64,000 nt of DNA. Origin: an uncultured Chromatiales bacterium (lineage in GTDB: Bacteria > Bacteroidota > Ignavibacteria > SZUA-365). The DNA lies in assembly GCA_964371045.1 (NCBI GenBank), contig CAYJMN010000004.1, forward strand, positions 59,794-123,793, read 5' to 3'. The translations under genes were made by a program, and so were the position numbers. Of the stretch, positions 26,201 to 37,000 are shown piece by piece; within the stretch, counting starts at the first letter, position 1, and the number at the start of each line of letters is the position of its first letter. Under the pieces are notes generated by a model. That model was not told the DNA's origin and ran no database searches. It worked only from the letters and a program-made list of their open reading frames with translations.

Positions 26201-26704
26201 CACTTCGCCGCCAATGGGCAGGGAATCCACGGCGGAATGCAGCAGCGCTTTACTGGTCGTAATCTGCTGTCGAATCGTCACCGCCTGTCCGAACCAGAGA
26301 ACCGCGGCTTCGTCTGACACGCCGTTCATTGCATTGATGAACGCATGCCCAGCCTGCTTCGCGCCGGCATTCGCGGAAGCGGTCATGGAACTGGTCGCGT
26401 CAAAGACCAATGCTACCGAGCCAATGCAGCGTACTGCCGGATTCGGGCACGTGAGCGTGAAATCCGTCACTTCAATTCCATTTTCGTGGATACAGATATC
26501 CTGCTTCGTCATGCTGAATGACGGATTGCCGCCGCACTCAGCCGAAAAGAACAATTCAATCGTCGGCCAGTTGACGGCCACCCGCTTGAACGTCAGTTCC
26601 GGCTGCGCCTGCACCTGCACAAACGGCGCGGCGAGACAGATGATGATCAGCAGCGCTGCGTATTGCCACGCGTTACGATTGGTTTTGCCCGGATACTCCA
26701 TCAC
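23252..26704 (-). CDS. Paralogue 2 of 5 (1150 aa), same architecture with extra Ig/SprB-like repeats
   Basis: Same vWA (...SVALVFDATSSMTASANAGAKQAGHAFINAMNG...). Its last 65 codons are nucleotide-identical to those of paralogue 1 (23268-23463 equals 19840-20035). Confidence 0.9.
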   Translation of the reverse strand: MMEYPGKTNRNAWQYAALLIIICLAAPFVQVQAQPELTFKRVAVNWPTIELFFSAECGGNPSFSMTKQDICIHENGIEVTDFTLTCPNPAVRCIGSVALVFDATSSMTASANAGAKQAGHAFINAMNGVSDEAAVLWFGQAVTIRQQITTSKALLHSAVDSLPIGGEVCMWECVHAGLLELISNGVNPYRALIVMMDGYDNSSIAEAQMNAALARQHHIRLFTIALGTNFNTNELEYVVPTTGGRVYKTADPGQLAAIYQEISGIVASGFRECMIAYDRECADGGLRTVELRLKDYCGGTDTETKQYLALRDTSTFRTLSLELGRGSVASNGTITIPLNLLTPLNAEMFFPFEFTLEHDTSCAKLLSVSTPPGSLIEGLPLSVTTIAMRSLIRINDRKLISGSGLLLELQFRASDPDDTLCCGIYGSNAVFEQGCLSPVITPGEICILPRLPEVYCGIERVPGLTWNKLAKDYTPSPFPVRGVLLNVGDKEARNARFRIAFDTATLRLAAPVADVQAASPPDVQPAGESEAVWQLAANCRASSDSTMICITASFDNHPDVICCTNVFIPQTGPLVDCALDAPVIIADTVNSGYDPMPFPITVTANNTGLMQTEPMFASIILPPDLELAYPDAPDRNTKSMVPSQLNPGQSANLAWMVHHPHSDADKHYTVTVWVKTANTDSSKCEVNITIPGYVLNRFAFKLAAQGSTALCQGDSVILDAGNGYASYRWSHGPQTQRVPITAAGLYFCTVQQANGSIGYSDTVQVTVSPRPSPRLNVSGPTTICEGDSLRLSVSGSYQTYQWSNGGTNPDIIVRASGAYYVRVGDRPFCMGESDTVVVTVLRNLTPRIFPIGSRTLCEGDSLHLSVSGIYPSYQWSNGSTDSSIIVTAPGTYYVRVSSSLTCTGISDTVVITFLPKPYARLVITGSTEICEGDSVFLSVGSGFLSYLWNNGLMTPGISVKTAGSYYVEVSNSAGCRNLSDTVVVTKKPSPPKPGVQRNGNVLSTDPAVSYRWYRNGLQLPSASSQSLSVTESGQYQVQVTNAEGCPAMSDPFGVTVLETGHEPAIAEGRLLNVWPEPATDVLRIGLTGAENQTVTLALYDVLGRAEIIHTGILPDGGAVFTHSLRDRKPGVYYLVALLGDAVLVKRVTKM

Positions 26705-26873
26705 TCACTCCCAGTATGAAAAAATGGCAGGATTGTCAACGTGCGGAGCGCGGAGAGCGTAGAGTGATGCGCACTCGGCGATCTCTGCGATAGAAGGAAA
26801 TCCGCACAATGTGGCCACCTGTAACGACATAAGTCCTTGCTGCTGTGTTCCATTGTGCGGGTCAACTTTTAAT

Positions 26874-26925
26874 CGCCGAGGGCACAGAGGGCGCCGAGGG
26901 CACAGAGGGCGCCGAGGGCACGGAG
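26874..26925. repeat. 18-bp variable-number tandem repeat (CGCCGAGGGCACAGAGGG x ~3) in the paralogue 2 upstream module. The same repeat has about 2 copies upstream of paralogues 1 and 4
   Basis: Direct reading gives 26874-26925 (about 2.9 copies), 22979-23013 (about 2 copies) and 33833-33866 (about 2 copies). A neighbouring 9-mer array CTCGGCGAT has 3 copies at 23159-23185 and 27069-27096 and 2 copies at 33766-33783. Confidence 0.7.
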
Positions 26926-27156
26926 ATTTTTTTAAATGTCTCATGTACATGAGTCTGTGGCTGTCCGAGGTATTTTAAAGCTTAATCGTATTCCGGGAAA
27001 TTGATCAGTGTACTTTCATCAACTTCTGAAAACCTTCCGAGATGCGCCCTCTAAAAAGCTCTCTGTGCCCTCGGCGATCTCGGCGATCTCTGCGATAAAA
27101 GGAGATCCGCACAATCGTCAATCGTCAATCGTCAATCCAAAATCGTCAATCGTAAA

Positions 27157-30100
27157 TCACAATTTCGTAACCCTCTTCACCAGCACGGCATCGCTGAGAA
27201 TCGCGACGAGATAGTACACGCCGGGCTTGCGGTCGCGGAGGGAGTACATGAAATCCGGCGAATCACCCGCGAGCATTCCTTTGAAAATCACCTCGGTGCG
27301 TCCAAGGATGTCGCAGAGCATCAGCGTCACGGCCTGCGCTTCAGAACGACCAAGGGAAATGTGCAGCGCGTCGCTGGCGGGTTCCGGATACACCAAGAGC
27401 GCGGGACTTCCCGCGATCGGCTGTTCGTCGTCGATGCCGAGTACGGTGACGATGAAATCATCGGAGCATACGGTGCAGCCCTCCGCGTTCGTAACGCAAA
27501 CCTGGTAGCGTCCCGTCCCGGTGAGGACCAGGAATTGATTTGTCGCGACAGACAACTTGACGCCATCTCTGTACCATTGGTAGGCGTGTTCAGGGCCGGT
27601 AGTCAGCACATCGCCATTGCGCTGAATGATGGGCTTCGCGGGAACCGGTTTGGTTGTGACGACGACGGTATCCGAGTAGCCCCAGCAGCTGTCCGCGTTG
27701 CGTACCCTCACATAATATGATCCGGCTGTCCTGGCGGTGATGCTCGCACTCGTTGCTGCGTTGCTCCATTGATACTGCGAAAAAGATCCGACGACACTGA
27801 GCTGTACCGAATTGCCTTCACAGAATGGTATCGATCCGCTGACGGACAGCCTGGGGGCCGGTGTCGGCAGGACAGTTACGTGGATGGTATCGGATATCCC
27901 CCTGCGACCGTCCGGGTGCTGGACGACGCAGAAATAGTCTCCGCTTGTCTCAACCTGAATGCCCCGGGTCTGGCGTCCATTTGACCAGTGATAAGAGGTA
28001 TAGCCCGGGCCTGCGTCGAGGATGACGGATTGACCGTCGCAGAAACGCAAGGCGCCATCGGCCTGGAGTGTCGTCGTGAAATCTTTCGCCGGTAATCCGG
28101 GAATGATAACATCGATTTCACATTTCGACGAATCTCCATCGCGGGTCACAATCCAGACGATCACCGTGTATCTGCGTTCGACTGTTGAATGCGGGTGCGT
28201 GACCATCCATGACGTGCTGTCGGTATCCCCTGGAAACCCAAACCAGGGCATCACTATTTTCGTATGCTGATTCGGAGCGTCGGGTGCGGCCAGTTCAAGA
28301 TCGTTCGGCAGGACGATGGTGGCACGGGCCGAATCCGTATCCGTGCCTCCGTTATTTGTTACCGTGACCTTTAGCGGGAACGGCATTGGCACGTTCCGGA
28401 AAAACAGGCTGTCCGCTATGATTGACGGAGCGTCCAGCGAGCACTCGAGAATTGCCCCTGTCTGCGGTATGAATATCTTCATGCAGCACGTCACGTCGGG
28501 ATGGTTATCAAAACTGCTCCTGATACAGATGTCAATCGAATCGGCGTAGAGTCTAAGCCCTGGTTCGAGCTGCCAGGTCACATCCGTATGTGTCAAGGGT
28601 CCGATATCAGCCGGCGAGAGGACTTGCGTATCCGAGAGGGGCGATACGAGCCGCACCTCCGATGTATCGAAGAGGATTCGGTATCGGGCGTTCAGGGCCG
28701 CCGCATCGCCTGTGTTGCTCACGCGCGTCGTGATGCTGAACGGATTCGGGCTGTAGTCCCTGATATCCCGCCGCCAAAGGAGACGATCGGGACCATTGAT
28801 GTCGCAGGAGATTGACGGCAGTGTGGGGTAGATGCAGATCTCGCCGGGATCGATGACCGGTACGAAACAGCCTTGTTCGAAGACCGGATTCGCACCACGG
28901 ATTTCGCAGCAGGAAGTATCCGATCGATCGATCGTTCGAAACGTGAATTCCATAAGCGTGCCAGTCCCGGCGAGCGGCTTGCGACCCGACACCTCGATCA
29001 GCGCTCCCGCCGCCGTCGGCGTCACCGCGATCGGAAGGCCTTCAAGCAACGAGCCCGATGGGGTCGCGACGCTCTTGAGCTTCACGCAGGATGTGTCGTA
29101 CTTCAGCTCGAAGTGGAAGGGGTAGAACATTTCGCCATTGACCGGTGTGCGGAGATTCATGGGTATCGTGATGTCGGTCCCGCTCATCCCGACAGCATTG
29201 TCAAGCTCCATTGTTAGACTCGAGAAAGTTGACGAATCAAGGGGTGCGCGGTAGGTCTTGGTCTTCGTGTCGGTTCCGCCGCAGAAATCCTTCAATTGCA
29301 GATCCACAGTTCGCAGGGCGCCGTCTTCGCAATCACGATCATACGTGATGACACACTCCTGGAAACCCTGGCGAAGCATGGTGATAATCTCCTGATACAT
29401 CGCCGCGAGCTGGCCGGCGTTCGTCGTCTGATAGAATTTTCCGCCAGTCACCTGTGCGACCAGCTCGAGTTCCACAGTATTGATGCCGGAACCAATGCCG
29501 ACGGTGAACACCCGGATGCGGTGGCGGTTGGCCAGCGCGATGATCTCTGAAGGCTGCCGCGTCGAGGAATTGTCGCCGCCGTCCGTCAGCAGTATGACGG
29601 CGCGGCATTGATTCACGCCATTGTTGATCAATTCGATCAAGCCTGCGTAGCCGCCGTCCCACACCGCCGTCATTCCACTCGCTGGCAGAGCGTCCACCGC
29701 CGAATGCAGCATGGGTTTGACTGTTGTCATCTGTTGATATGGCGTCACGACAGACGTGAACCAGATTACCGTCGCTTCATCGATCACGCCGTCCATCAGG
29801 TCGATGAACGCGTGGCCAGCCTGTTTGGCGCCCGCATTGCCTGAACCACTCATCGACCCGGATGCGTCAAACACGAGTGACACCGAGATAGCACATGGGA
29901 TGGTGGGATCGGGACACCACAGCGTGAAGTCCTTTACCTCCACGCCGTTTTCGTAGATGCGGAAATCCTGTTTCGACATGTTGAACGCTGGATTGCCGTC
30001 GCAACCGACCGAGAAATACAGCTCGACCGTCGGCGAGCTCGCTGTCACGCGTTTGAACGTCAGGTTCGGCTGCGCTTGCAGCAGCGCAAGCGGCGCGGTG

Positions 30101-30168
30101 AGACCGATGATAATGATAAGCGCGGCGAATGCCAGCGTCTTCAGGGTGAATGTCCCGGAACTCTCCAT
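27157..30168 (-). CDS. Paralogue 3 of 5 (~1003 aa from ATG 30168, i.e. MESSGTF...), same architecture
   Basis: The ORF finder opens at TTG (30192). The ATG at 30168 is preceded by GAGGAG. The N-terminal ~315 aa are identical to paralogue 4. Confidence 0.9.
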   Translation of the reverse strand: MESSGTFTLKTLAFAALIIIIGLTAPLALLQAQPNLTFKRVTASSPTVELYFSVGCDGNPAFNMSKQDFRIYENGVEVKDFTLWCPDPTIPCAISVSLVFDASGSMSGSGNAGAKQAGHAFIDLMDGVIDEATVIWFTSVVTPYQQMTTVKPMLHSAVDALPASGMTAVWDGGYAGLIELINNGVNQCRAVILLTDGGDNSSTRQPSEIIALANRHRIRVFTVGIGSGINTVELELVAQVTGGKFYQTTNAGQLAAMYQEIITMLRQGFQECVITYDRDCEDGALRTVDLQLKDFCGGTDTKTKTYRAPLDSSTFSSLTMELDNAVGMSGTDITIPMNLRTPVNGEMFYPFHFELKYDTSCVKLKSVATPSGSLLEGLPIAVTPTAAGALIEVSGRKPLAGTGTLMEFTFRTIDRSDTSCCEIRGANPVFEQGCFVPVIDPGEICIYPTLPSISCDINGPDRLLWRRDIRDYSPNPFSITTRVSNTGDAAALNARYRILFDTSEVRLVSPLSDTQVLSPADIGPLTHTDVTWQLEPGLRLYADSIDICIRSSFDNHPDVTCCMKIFIPQTGAILECSLDAPSIIADSLFFRNVPMPFPLKVTVTNNGGTDTDSARATIVLPNDLELAAPDAPNQHTKIVMPWFGFPGDTDSTSWMVTHPHSTVERRYTVIVWIVTRDGDSSKCEIDVIIPGLPAKDFTTTLQADGALRFCDGQSVILDAGPGYTSYHWSNGRQTRGIQVETSGDYFCVVQHPDGRRGISDTIHVTVLPTPAPRLSVSGSIPFCEGNSVQLSVVGSFSQYQWSNAATSASITARTAGSYYVRVRNADSCWGYSDTVVVTTKPVPAKPIIQRNGDVLTTGPEHAYQWYRDGVKLSVATNQFLVLTGTGRYQVCVTNAEGCTVCSDDFIVTVLGIDDEQPIAGSPALLVYPEPASDALHISLGRSEAQAVTLMLCDILGRTEVIFKGMLAGDSPDFMYSLRDRKPGVYYLVAILSDAVLVKRVTKL

Positions 30169-30389
30169 CACATTCTCCTCAATTGAAATCAATCTACCAG
30201 GCTATTACGCCCCACTGTGATGCGAAGGCGCGAAGGAGAAATAAACGCAAAGTCGCAGAGGAGAGGAGAATTTAACGCAGAGACGCAAAGATGCAACGTC
30301 GCAAAGGAGAATTAAACATTCGAAAAAACCCCTCTGCGCCTCTCCGCCTCTGCGTCTCTGCGTTTCATTCTTCTCTCCGCGTCACCGCG

Positions 30390-33300
30390 TTACATTTTCG
30401 TCACGCGCTTCACCAGCACGGACTCGCCAAACACGGCGACGAGATAGTACACGCCGGCGTCGCGGCTGCGGAGTGAATAGCTGAATTCCGTGGCGTCTCC
30501 TGAAAGTCCGCCGCTGTATATCACCTCTGCCCGACCGCGGATGTCGTAGAGCACAAGGGTCGCCGCCCGGGCTTCGCAGTGACGGAGGGCGATGCGCAAG
30601 ACGTCGGTTGCAGGCTCGGGCCAAGCTTCAAGCGCGGCGCGTTCCGCAATCGGCATTTCGTCGCCGATGCCGAGTAAGGTGACGTTGAACGGATCCGACA
30701 TAGCGGAGCAGCCTTCGGCGTTGGTGACCTGTACCTGGTAGACACCGGTTTGCGTCAGCGCGAGCAGCGGGCCGGTTGCGCCGGGCATGAGAACGCTGTT
30801 CCGATACCATTGATACTGATGCGCCGTGTCGGTTCGAATAACATCCCCGAGGCGGCGGATGACGGGCTTCGCCGGAGCGGGCTTCATGGTGACCGTCACG
30901 GTGTCCGAGATGCCCCAGCAGTTCTCCGCACTGCGTACGCGCACATGATACCGTCCGGCGGCAGTTACATCGATGTCGGGCGTCTTTGCGCCGGTGCTCC
31001 ATTCGTATTCGGCAAAACTGCCGGTGGTTCGCAGCGTAACAACATCGCCCTTGCAGATCGAAACAGGATTGCCCGGCGTGATGACGGGCTTCGCCGGATC
31101 AGGCTTCATGGTGACCGTCACGGTGTCCGAGATGCCCCAGCAGTTCTCCGCACTGCGTACGCGCACATGATACCGTCCGGCGGCAGTTACATCGATGTCG
31201 GGCGTCTTTGCGCCGGTGCTCCATTCGTATTCGGCAAAACTGCCGGTGGTTCGCAGCGTAACAACATCGCCCTTGCAGATCGAAACAGGATTGCCCGGCG
31301 TGATGACGGGTATCGGGAGGGGATGCACCGTCACACGCACCGTGTCGGAACGGCCATAAAAACCGTCGGCGCGACGGACAATACAAGAGTACTCACCCGA
31401 ACGCGTAACGGAGATCTGTTGCGTCCTCTCGCCGCTTTGCCAATTGTATGACGCGTATCCGCTTCCTGCATCGAGAATGACGGAATCGCCTTCGCAGAAT
31501 GTCAGTGGCCCGGTGGCTGTGAGTTGTATATCGAAGTCCTGTGGCGGGAGACCGGGAATGCGGACCGAAATCTCACATTTCGATGAATCGGCATTCGAGG
31601 CGAAGGTCCACACCGTTACCGTGTAATTCCTCTCGGCCGTTGTCGGCGCGTGCTGCAGCATCCACGGAATACTCCCACTCTGTTGCGGTACGAGCACCGA
31701 GGGCATGATGCGTTTTGTATATCGGTCGGGTGCGTCGGGTGCCGCCAGGGTCAGCTCCGGTGGCAATACGATCGAGGCCCACACAGTGTCCGTGCGTGTG
31801 CCGCCCGTGTTTATGGCCGTAACCGTGAGCGGGAACGGCATCGGTGTGTAACGGAGCTGGATGCTGTCCACCGTGATCGGCGGCACATCGACCGCGCACT
31901 CGAGCACGGGTCCGGCCGTCGGAATAAACACACGCATTGCGCAGAGTACATCCGGGTAGTTGTCGAAGCTGCTGAGAATGCCGATATCAACCGAATCCGC
32001 AACTGTACGCCGCTTTGCCGCGACTTGCCATGACACGTTCGCATAGCCGCCAGGATCGATATTCGACGGGCTTATTACCTGCGTTTCAGTAGCAGGTATA
32101 AGCAGCTGAATGTCGGAACTGTCATAGATTATCCTGTACCGCGCGTTTTGCAGGGGTGCATCTCCGGGATTGTCGCAGCGTCCGATAATGACGAAGGGAT
32201 TCGGCTGGTAGTCGCCGAGTGATCGTCTCCACATCAGGCTCTTTGGTCCGGTGATGTCACAAAAGGCGCTGGGAGTTTTCGGATACACGCAGATCCTGCC
32301 GGTATCGATGACTGGTCTGAAGCAGCCCTGTTCAAAAAGGGGATTCACCGCCAGAATATCAGAGCAGCAGGTATCCGCTCTGTCGCTGGCCCTGAACGCA
32401 AGATTCAGAAGCAGACCGCTGCCGTTTAGCAGCTTTCGGTCAAGCAACTCTATCGTGGCGCCTGTGGAAATCGGCATTATCGTGATCGGCACACCCTCCA
32501 GCAGGGACCCCGTCGGCGCCGTTGCGTTTTTGAGCTGCACGCAGGATGTGTCGTACTCCAGCTCGAAGTGGAAGGCGTAGAACATTTCGCCATTGATCGG
32601 TGTGCGGAGATTCATGGGTATCGTGATGTCGGCCCCACTCTTCCCTACAGTGTCGCCAATTTCCATTGTTAGATTCGAGAAAGTTGACGAATCAAGGGGT
32701 GCGCGGTAGGTCTTGGTCTTCGTGTCGGTTCCGCCGCAGAAATCCTTCAATTGCAGATCCACAGTTCGCAGGGCGCCGTCTTCGCAATCACGATCATACG
32801 TGATGACACACTCCTGGAAACCCTGGCGAAGCATGGTGATAATCTCCTGATACATCGCCGCGAGCTGGCCGGCGTTCGTCGTCTGATAGAATTTTCCGCC
32901 AGTCACCTGTGCGACCAGCTCGAGTTCCACAGTATTGATGCCGGAACCAATGCCGACGGTGAACACCCGGATGCGGTGGCGGTTGGCCAGCGCGATGATC
33001 TCTGAAGGCTGCCGCGTCGAGGAATTGTCGCCGCCGTCCGTCAGCAGTATGACGGCGCGGCATTGATTCACGCCATTGTTGATCAATTCGATCAAGCCTG
33101 CGTAGCCGCCGTCCCACACCGCCGTCATTCCACTCGCTGGCAGAGCGTCCACCGCCGAATGCAGCATGGGTTTGACTGTTGTCATCTGTTGATATGGCGT
33201 CACGACAGACGTGAACCAGATTACCGTCGCTTCATCGATCACGCCGTCCATCAGGTCGATGAACGCGTGGCCAGCCTGTTTGGCGCCCGCATTGCCTGAA

Positions 33301-33623
33301 CCACTCATCGACCCGGATGCGTCAAACACGAGTGACACCGAGATAGCACATGGGATGGTGGGATCGGGACACCACAGCGTGAAGTCCTTTACCTCCACGC
33401 CGTTTTCGTAGATGCGGAAATCCTGTTTCGACATGTTGAACGCTGGATTGCCGTCGCAACCGACCGAGAAATACAGCTCGACCGTAGGCCAGTTGACCGT
33501 GACGCGTCTGAACGTCAGGTTCGGCTGCGCATGGAGCTGCGTAAGCGGCGCGGTGAGACAGATGATAATGATAAGCGCGAAAAGCCATCGCGTTGTTGTG
33601 CTAAAATTGCCGGACCTCTTCAT
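30390..33623 (-). CDS. Paralogue 4 of 5 (~1077 aa from ATG 33623, i.e. MKRSGNF...). It contains an internal perfect 74-aa domain duplication
   Basis: The ORF opens at TTG (33662). The ATG at 33623 is preceded by GGAGGGTG. vWA, repeats and CTD as in the others. Confidence 0.9.
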   Translation of the reverse strand: MKRSGNFSTTTRWLFALIIIICLTAPLTQLHAQPNLTFRRVTVNWPTVELYFSVGCDGNPAFNMSKQDFRIYENGVEVKDFTLWCPDPTIPCAISVSLVFDASGSMSGSGNAGAKQAGHAFIDLMDGVIDEATVIWFTSVVTPYQQMTTVKPMLHSAVDALPASGMTAVWDGGYAGLIELINNGVNQCRAVILLTDGGDNSSTRQPSEIIALANRHRIRVFTVGIGSGINTVELELVAQVTGGKFYQTTNAGQLAAMYQEIITMLRQGFQECVITYDRDCEDGALRTVDLQLKDFCGGTDTKTKTYRAPLDSSTFSNLTMEIGDTVGKSGADITIPMNLRTPINGEMFYAFHFELEYDTSCVQLKNATAPTGSLLEGVPITIMPISTGATIELLDRKLLNGSGLLLNLAFRASDRADTCCSDILAVNPLFEQGCFRPVIDTGRICVYPKTPSAFCDITGPKSLMWRRSLGDYQPNPFVIIGRCDNPGDAPLQNARYRIIYDSSDIQLLIPATETQVISPSNIDPGGYANVSWQVAAKRRTVADSVDIGILSSFDNYPDVLCAMRVFIPTAGPVLECAVDVPPITVDSIQLRYTPMPFPLTVTAINTGGTRTDTVWASIVLPPELTLAAPDAPDRYTKRIMPSVLVPQQSGSIPWMLQHAPTTAERNYTVTVWTFASNADSSKCEISVRIPGLPPQDFDIQLTATGPLTFCEGDSVILDAGSGYASYNWQSGERTQQISVTRSGEYSCIVRRADGFYGRSDTVRVTVHPLPIPVITPGNPVSICKGDVVTLRTTGSFAEYEWSTGAKTPDIDVTAAGRYHVRVRSAENCWGISDTVTVTMKPDPAKPVITPGNPVSICKGDVVTLRTTGSFAEYEWSTGAKTPDIDVTAAGRYHVRVRSAENCWGISDTVTVTMKPAPAKPVIRRLGDVIRTDTAHQYQWYRNSVLMPGATGPLLALTQTGVYQVQVTNAEGCSAMSDPFNVTLLGIGDEMPIAERAALEAWPEPATDVLRIALRHCEARAATLVLYDIRGRAEVIYSGGLSGDATEFSYSLRSRDAGVYYLVAVFGESVLVKRVTKM
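30857..31300. repeat. Near-perfect 222-bp x 2 in-frame tandem duplication inside paralogue 4, duplicating one 74-aa SprB/Ig-like module
   Basis: 30857-31078 and 31079-31300 are identical except for about 3 nt (GAGCGG versus GATCAG), giving PVITPGNPVSICKGDVVTLRTTGSFAEYEWSTGAKTPDIDVTAAGRYHVRVRSAENCWGISDTVTVTMKP(D/A)PAK twice. Confidence 0.85.
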
Positions 33624-34026
33624 CACACCCTCCACGGCGAATAAGAAGATATAATGATACAATTGTATAAAGAAAGAATTCTAATGTCAAGACGTTGCAG
33701 AAAAGCGAAGCGCAGAGCGCAGCGAGCGATGCGCCCTCAAATTTCTCTCTGTGCCCTCGGCGATCTCTGCGATAAAAGGAGATCCGCACAATCTGGACAA
33801 TCGCAGTAAGACAAGGCCTCGTTGATTTTTATCGCCGAGGGCACAGAGGTCGCCGAGGGCACGGAGATATATATAAATGTCTCATTTACTTGGGTCTGCG
33901 GCTGTCCGGGGTCTTAACATCGAAAATCGTCCCGTCTTCGCTTTCGTTTACCGACGGTTGTGGCATGTACCGTTGATGCCTCGGCGGGCGTTCCGCAATC
34001 AAAAATCGTCACTCGTCACTCGTAAA

Positions 34027-37000
34027 TCACAATTTCGTCACACGCTTCACCAGCACGGACTTGCCCAGCAGCGCGACGAGATAGTACACACCGGCTTCGC
34101 GACCGTGTAGGGAATGGGTGAATACCGCAGCACCGTCCTCCAATACGCCGCTGTGGATCACCTTCGCACGGCCGAGCACATCGTAGAGCGCCAGGGTAAC
34201 CGTCTGGGCTCCCGTTCCGCCAAGCTCGATGTGCAGCATATTTTCCGCCGGCTCCGGATATGCCACGAGCACCGCAGGATCCGCCACCGGCGGTACCTCT
34301 TCAGCGTCGAGCACGGTGACGTCGAATGGATCGGACATCGCCGAGCAGCCGTTCATGGACCTCAACCTCAGCTGATAGCGGCCGGTTTCACGTAGCTTGA
34401 TACTGCCGTACCCCGAATCCGGCAACAGCACGCCATCGCGGTACCAGTAGAATCCTCCGATATCGCTCTCGGCAATGAGCCAATCGAGGTTGCGGCGGAT
34501 CCTGGGTTTGGATGGAATGGGTTTTGTGGTGACAAGCACGGTATCGGAGTAACCCTCGCAATCGTAATTGCTGCGCACCCGTACAAAATATGCGCCCACT
34601 GAGTGAACAGTGATGACCTGTTCCGTTGCTCCGGTGTTCCAGAGATAGCTGGTGTAGCCGCCGCCCGCGTCGAGACGCACGGAATCGTATTCGCACATGG
34701 GAATCGATCCGTTTACCGCAATCCGTGGCGTTGGATTCCAGGTAACCGTCACCCGCACCGTATCGGAAAATCCGATGCTGCCATCGCCGTGCTCCACCTT
34801 GCAGAAATAGTTGCCTCGCTGTTTCACGGTCAGCAATCGATCGCGAGAACCGTCGGACCAGCGATATGAGGTATAACCCGCCCCTGCATCCAGCACCACC
34901 GAGTCACCCTCGCAGAATACCATCGGTCCGAGAGCTGTAAGTGTGAATGCGAAGGTGGAGACGGGGAGACCCGGGATGGTTATTCCGATGCTACAACGCG
35001 TCGAGTCGGCGTTGGCGGTGTTCAGCAGCACTGATACCAGATATTCCCTGTCTGTATTGCTCCGCGGATGCTGAAGCTGCCAGGAAACACTCGCGGTCTC
35101 GAGTGGTGCCATCGTTGCGGGAAACAGCAGCTTGGTGTAGGAGTCGGGTGCATCCGGCCCGGCCAGGTCGAGATCCATCGGCACGTCGATTGTCGCCCAT
35201 ACGGAATCGGTGGGGGAGGGGCCGAGGTTTGTCGCAGCAAGTGTCACCGTGAACGGCATGGGCGTGTAGCGCAGATTGGCGCTGTCCGCGGTGATCGGCG
35301 GTGCAAAGAGCTGGCAGTCGAGAAGGGGTTCCATCATCGGAATGTACACCTGCTGGCAGCAGACGACATCAGGATGATTGTCGAAGCTCGCGGTGATGCA
35401 GATACGCGTCGTATCGCCGGCTGAACGGTGGACAGCCCGGATATACCAGGAAACGTACTCGACGGAGTTCGTGGCGATGACGCCGGTGCTTCCCCCCTTT
35501 GTATCGGTCTTGGGAGAATACAAGGTCACATCAGCGGAATCGTAGGTGATCCTATAGCGGGGTTGCAGTGCTTCGGCGTCGCCGGTGTTGGAAAAGTGAG
35601 CTCCGATTGTGAAGGGATTCGGATAGTAATTACGCATTCCCCTCATCCATAGAAGTTCGGAAGGACCGCTGATTTCACAGGTGATTATTGGAGTATCCGG
35701 CTGGATGCAGATCCGTCCGTCCGCGATGACCGGCATGAAGCACCCCTGCTCGAAGGAAGCGGCCACGGGTTTCAGCTCGGTACACGCTGAATCAGCCGAT
35801 GTCTTCGTCCGAAAATTCAGTTCCATCAATGTCCCGCTGCCGCTGAGCAGTGTCGGCGCCGCGGTCTGAATCGTCGCGCCGCTTGCGGTGGGCGTCCACG
35901 ATATCGGTACCCCTCTGAGCAGATGTGTCGGATCGGTCGTGGCATGTTGCAGCTCGACAAGCGCGGTATCAAATTCCAGTGTGAACCGGAAGGGGAAGAA
36001 CATGGCGTCGTTGACGGGCGTGATCAGCCGCAGCGGAATGGTCGCATTCGTGCCGCGGCCATTGACCGAACTGCCCAACTCCATATGCAGAGTCGAAAAA
36101 GTAGAGGAATCCAGCGGAGCCCTGAAGGTTTTGAACTTTGCATCGGACCCGCCACAGAAATCCTTCAGCTCCAGCACAACGGTACGCAATGTGCCGTCCG
36201 CGCAGCCGTTATGATATGTGATGAGGCATTCATTCCAGCCAAGGAACATGATCGTGGATATTTCCTGATAGATCGCGGCCAACTGACCCGCGTTCGGGGT
36301 CTGATAGTATTTGCCGCCGGTCGACGATGCGATCAGTTCCAGCTGCGTCGCATCTATGCTCATACCCAGGCCAATTGTGAATACACGGATGCGGTGGCGG
36401 CTCGCAAGAGCGATGACGTCATCTGGAGTTCGCGTAGATGCCTCGTCAGCGCCATCGGTCAGCAGAATCACAGCACGGCACTGGTTCACGCCGTTGTTGA
36501 TGACTTCGATCAGACCGGCATAGGCACCGTCCCATGCGGCCGTTACTCCATTTGCCGGCAGCACATCGACCGCGGAATGCAGCAGTGTTTTGTCACGTGT
36601 CATCGATTGCATCACTGTGACAACGGAAGAAAACCAGAGTACGGAGGCCTCGTCGACGAATCCGTCCATGAGATCGGCGAAAGCGTGGCCTGCCTGTTTC
36701 GCGCCTGCATTGCCGCTGCCAGCCATCGATACGGAGGCGTCGAAGACCAAAGCCACCGACACCGGGCAGCGTGCGATCGGGTCGGGGCACCACAGGGTTG
36801 AAGGCGCCATCTCTACGCCGTTTTCGAAGATCCGGAAATGCTGCAGCGTCGCGTGGTAGGCTGGATTGCCGTCACAGGAGATGGAGGAGTACAGCTCAAT
36901 TGTCGGTCCGTTTACCGTGATGCGCTTGAATGTCAGGTTCGGCTGCGCTATGGCCGACGATCCAAACGCGACCAGAAGGAGAAGGATCCATTGGGCGGGA

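Noticed and set aside
26705-26950. An 81-aa ORF (MYMRHLKKSPCPRRPLCPRRPLCPRRLKV...) in the paralogue 2 upstream region
   Set aside because: Its repetitive PRRPLC motif is the translation of the 18-bp tandem repeat CGCCGAGGGCACAGAGGG. It is non-coding promoter-region sequence.
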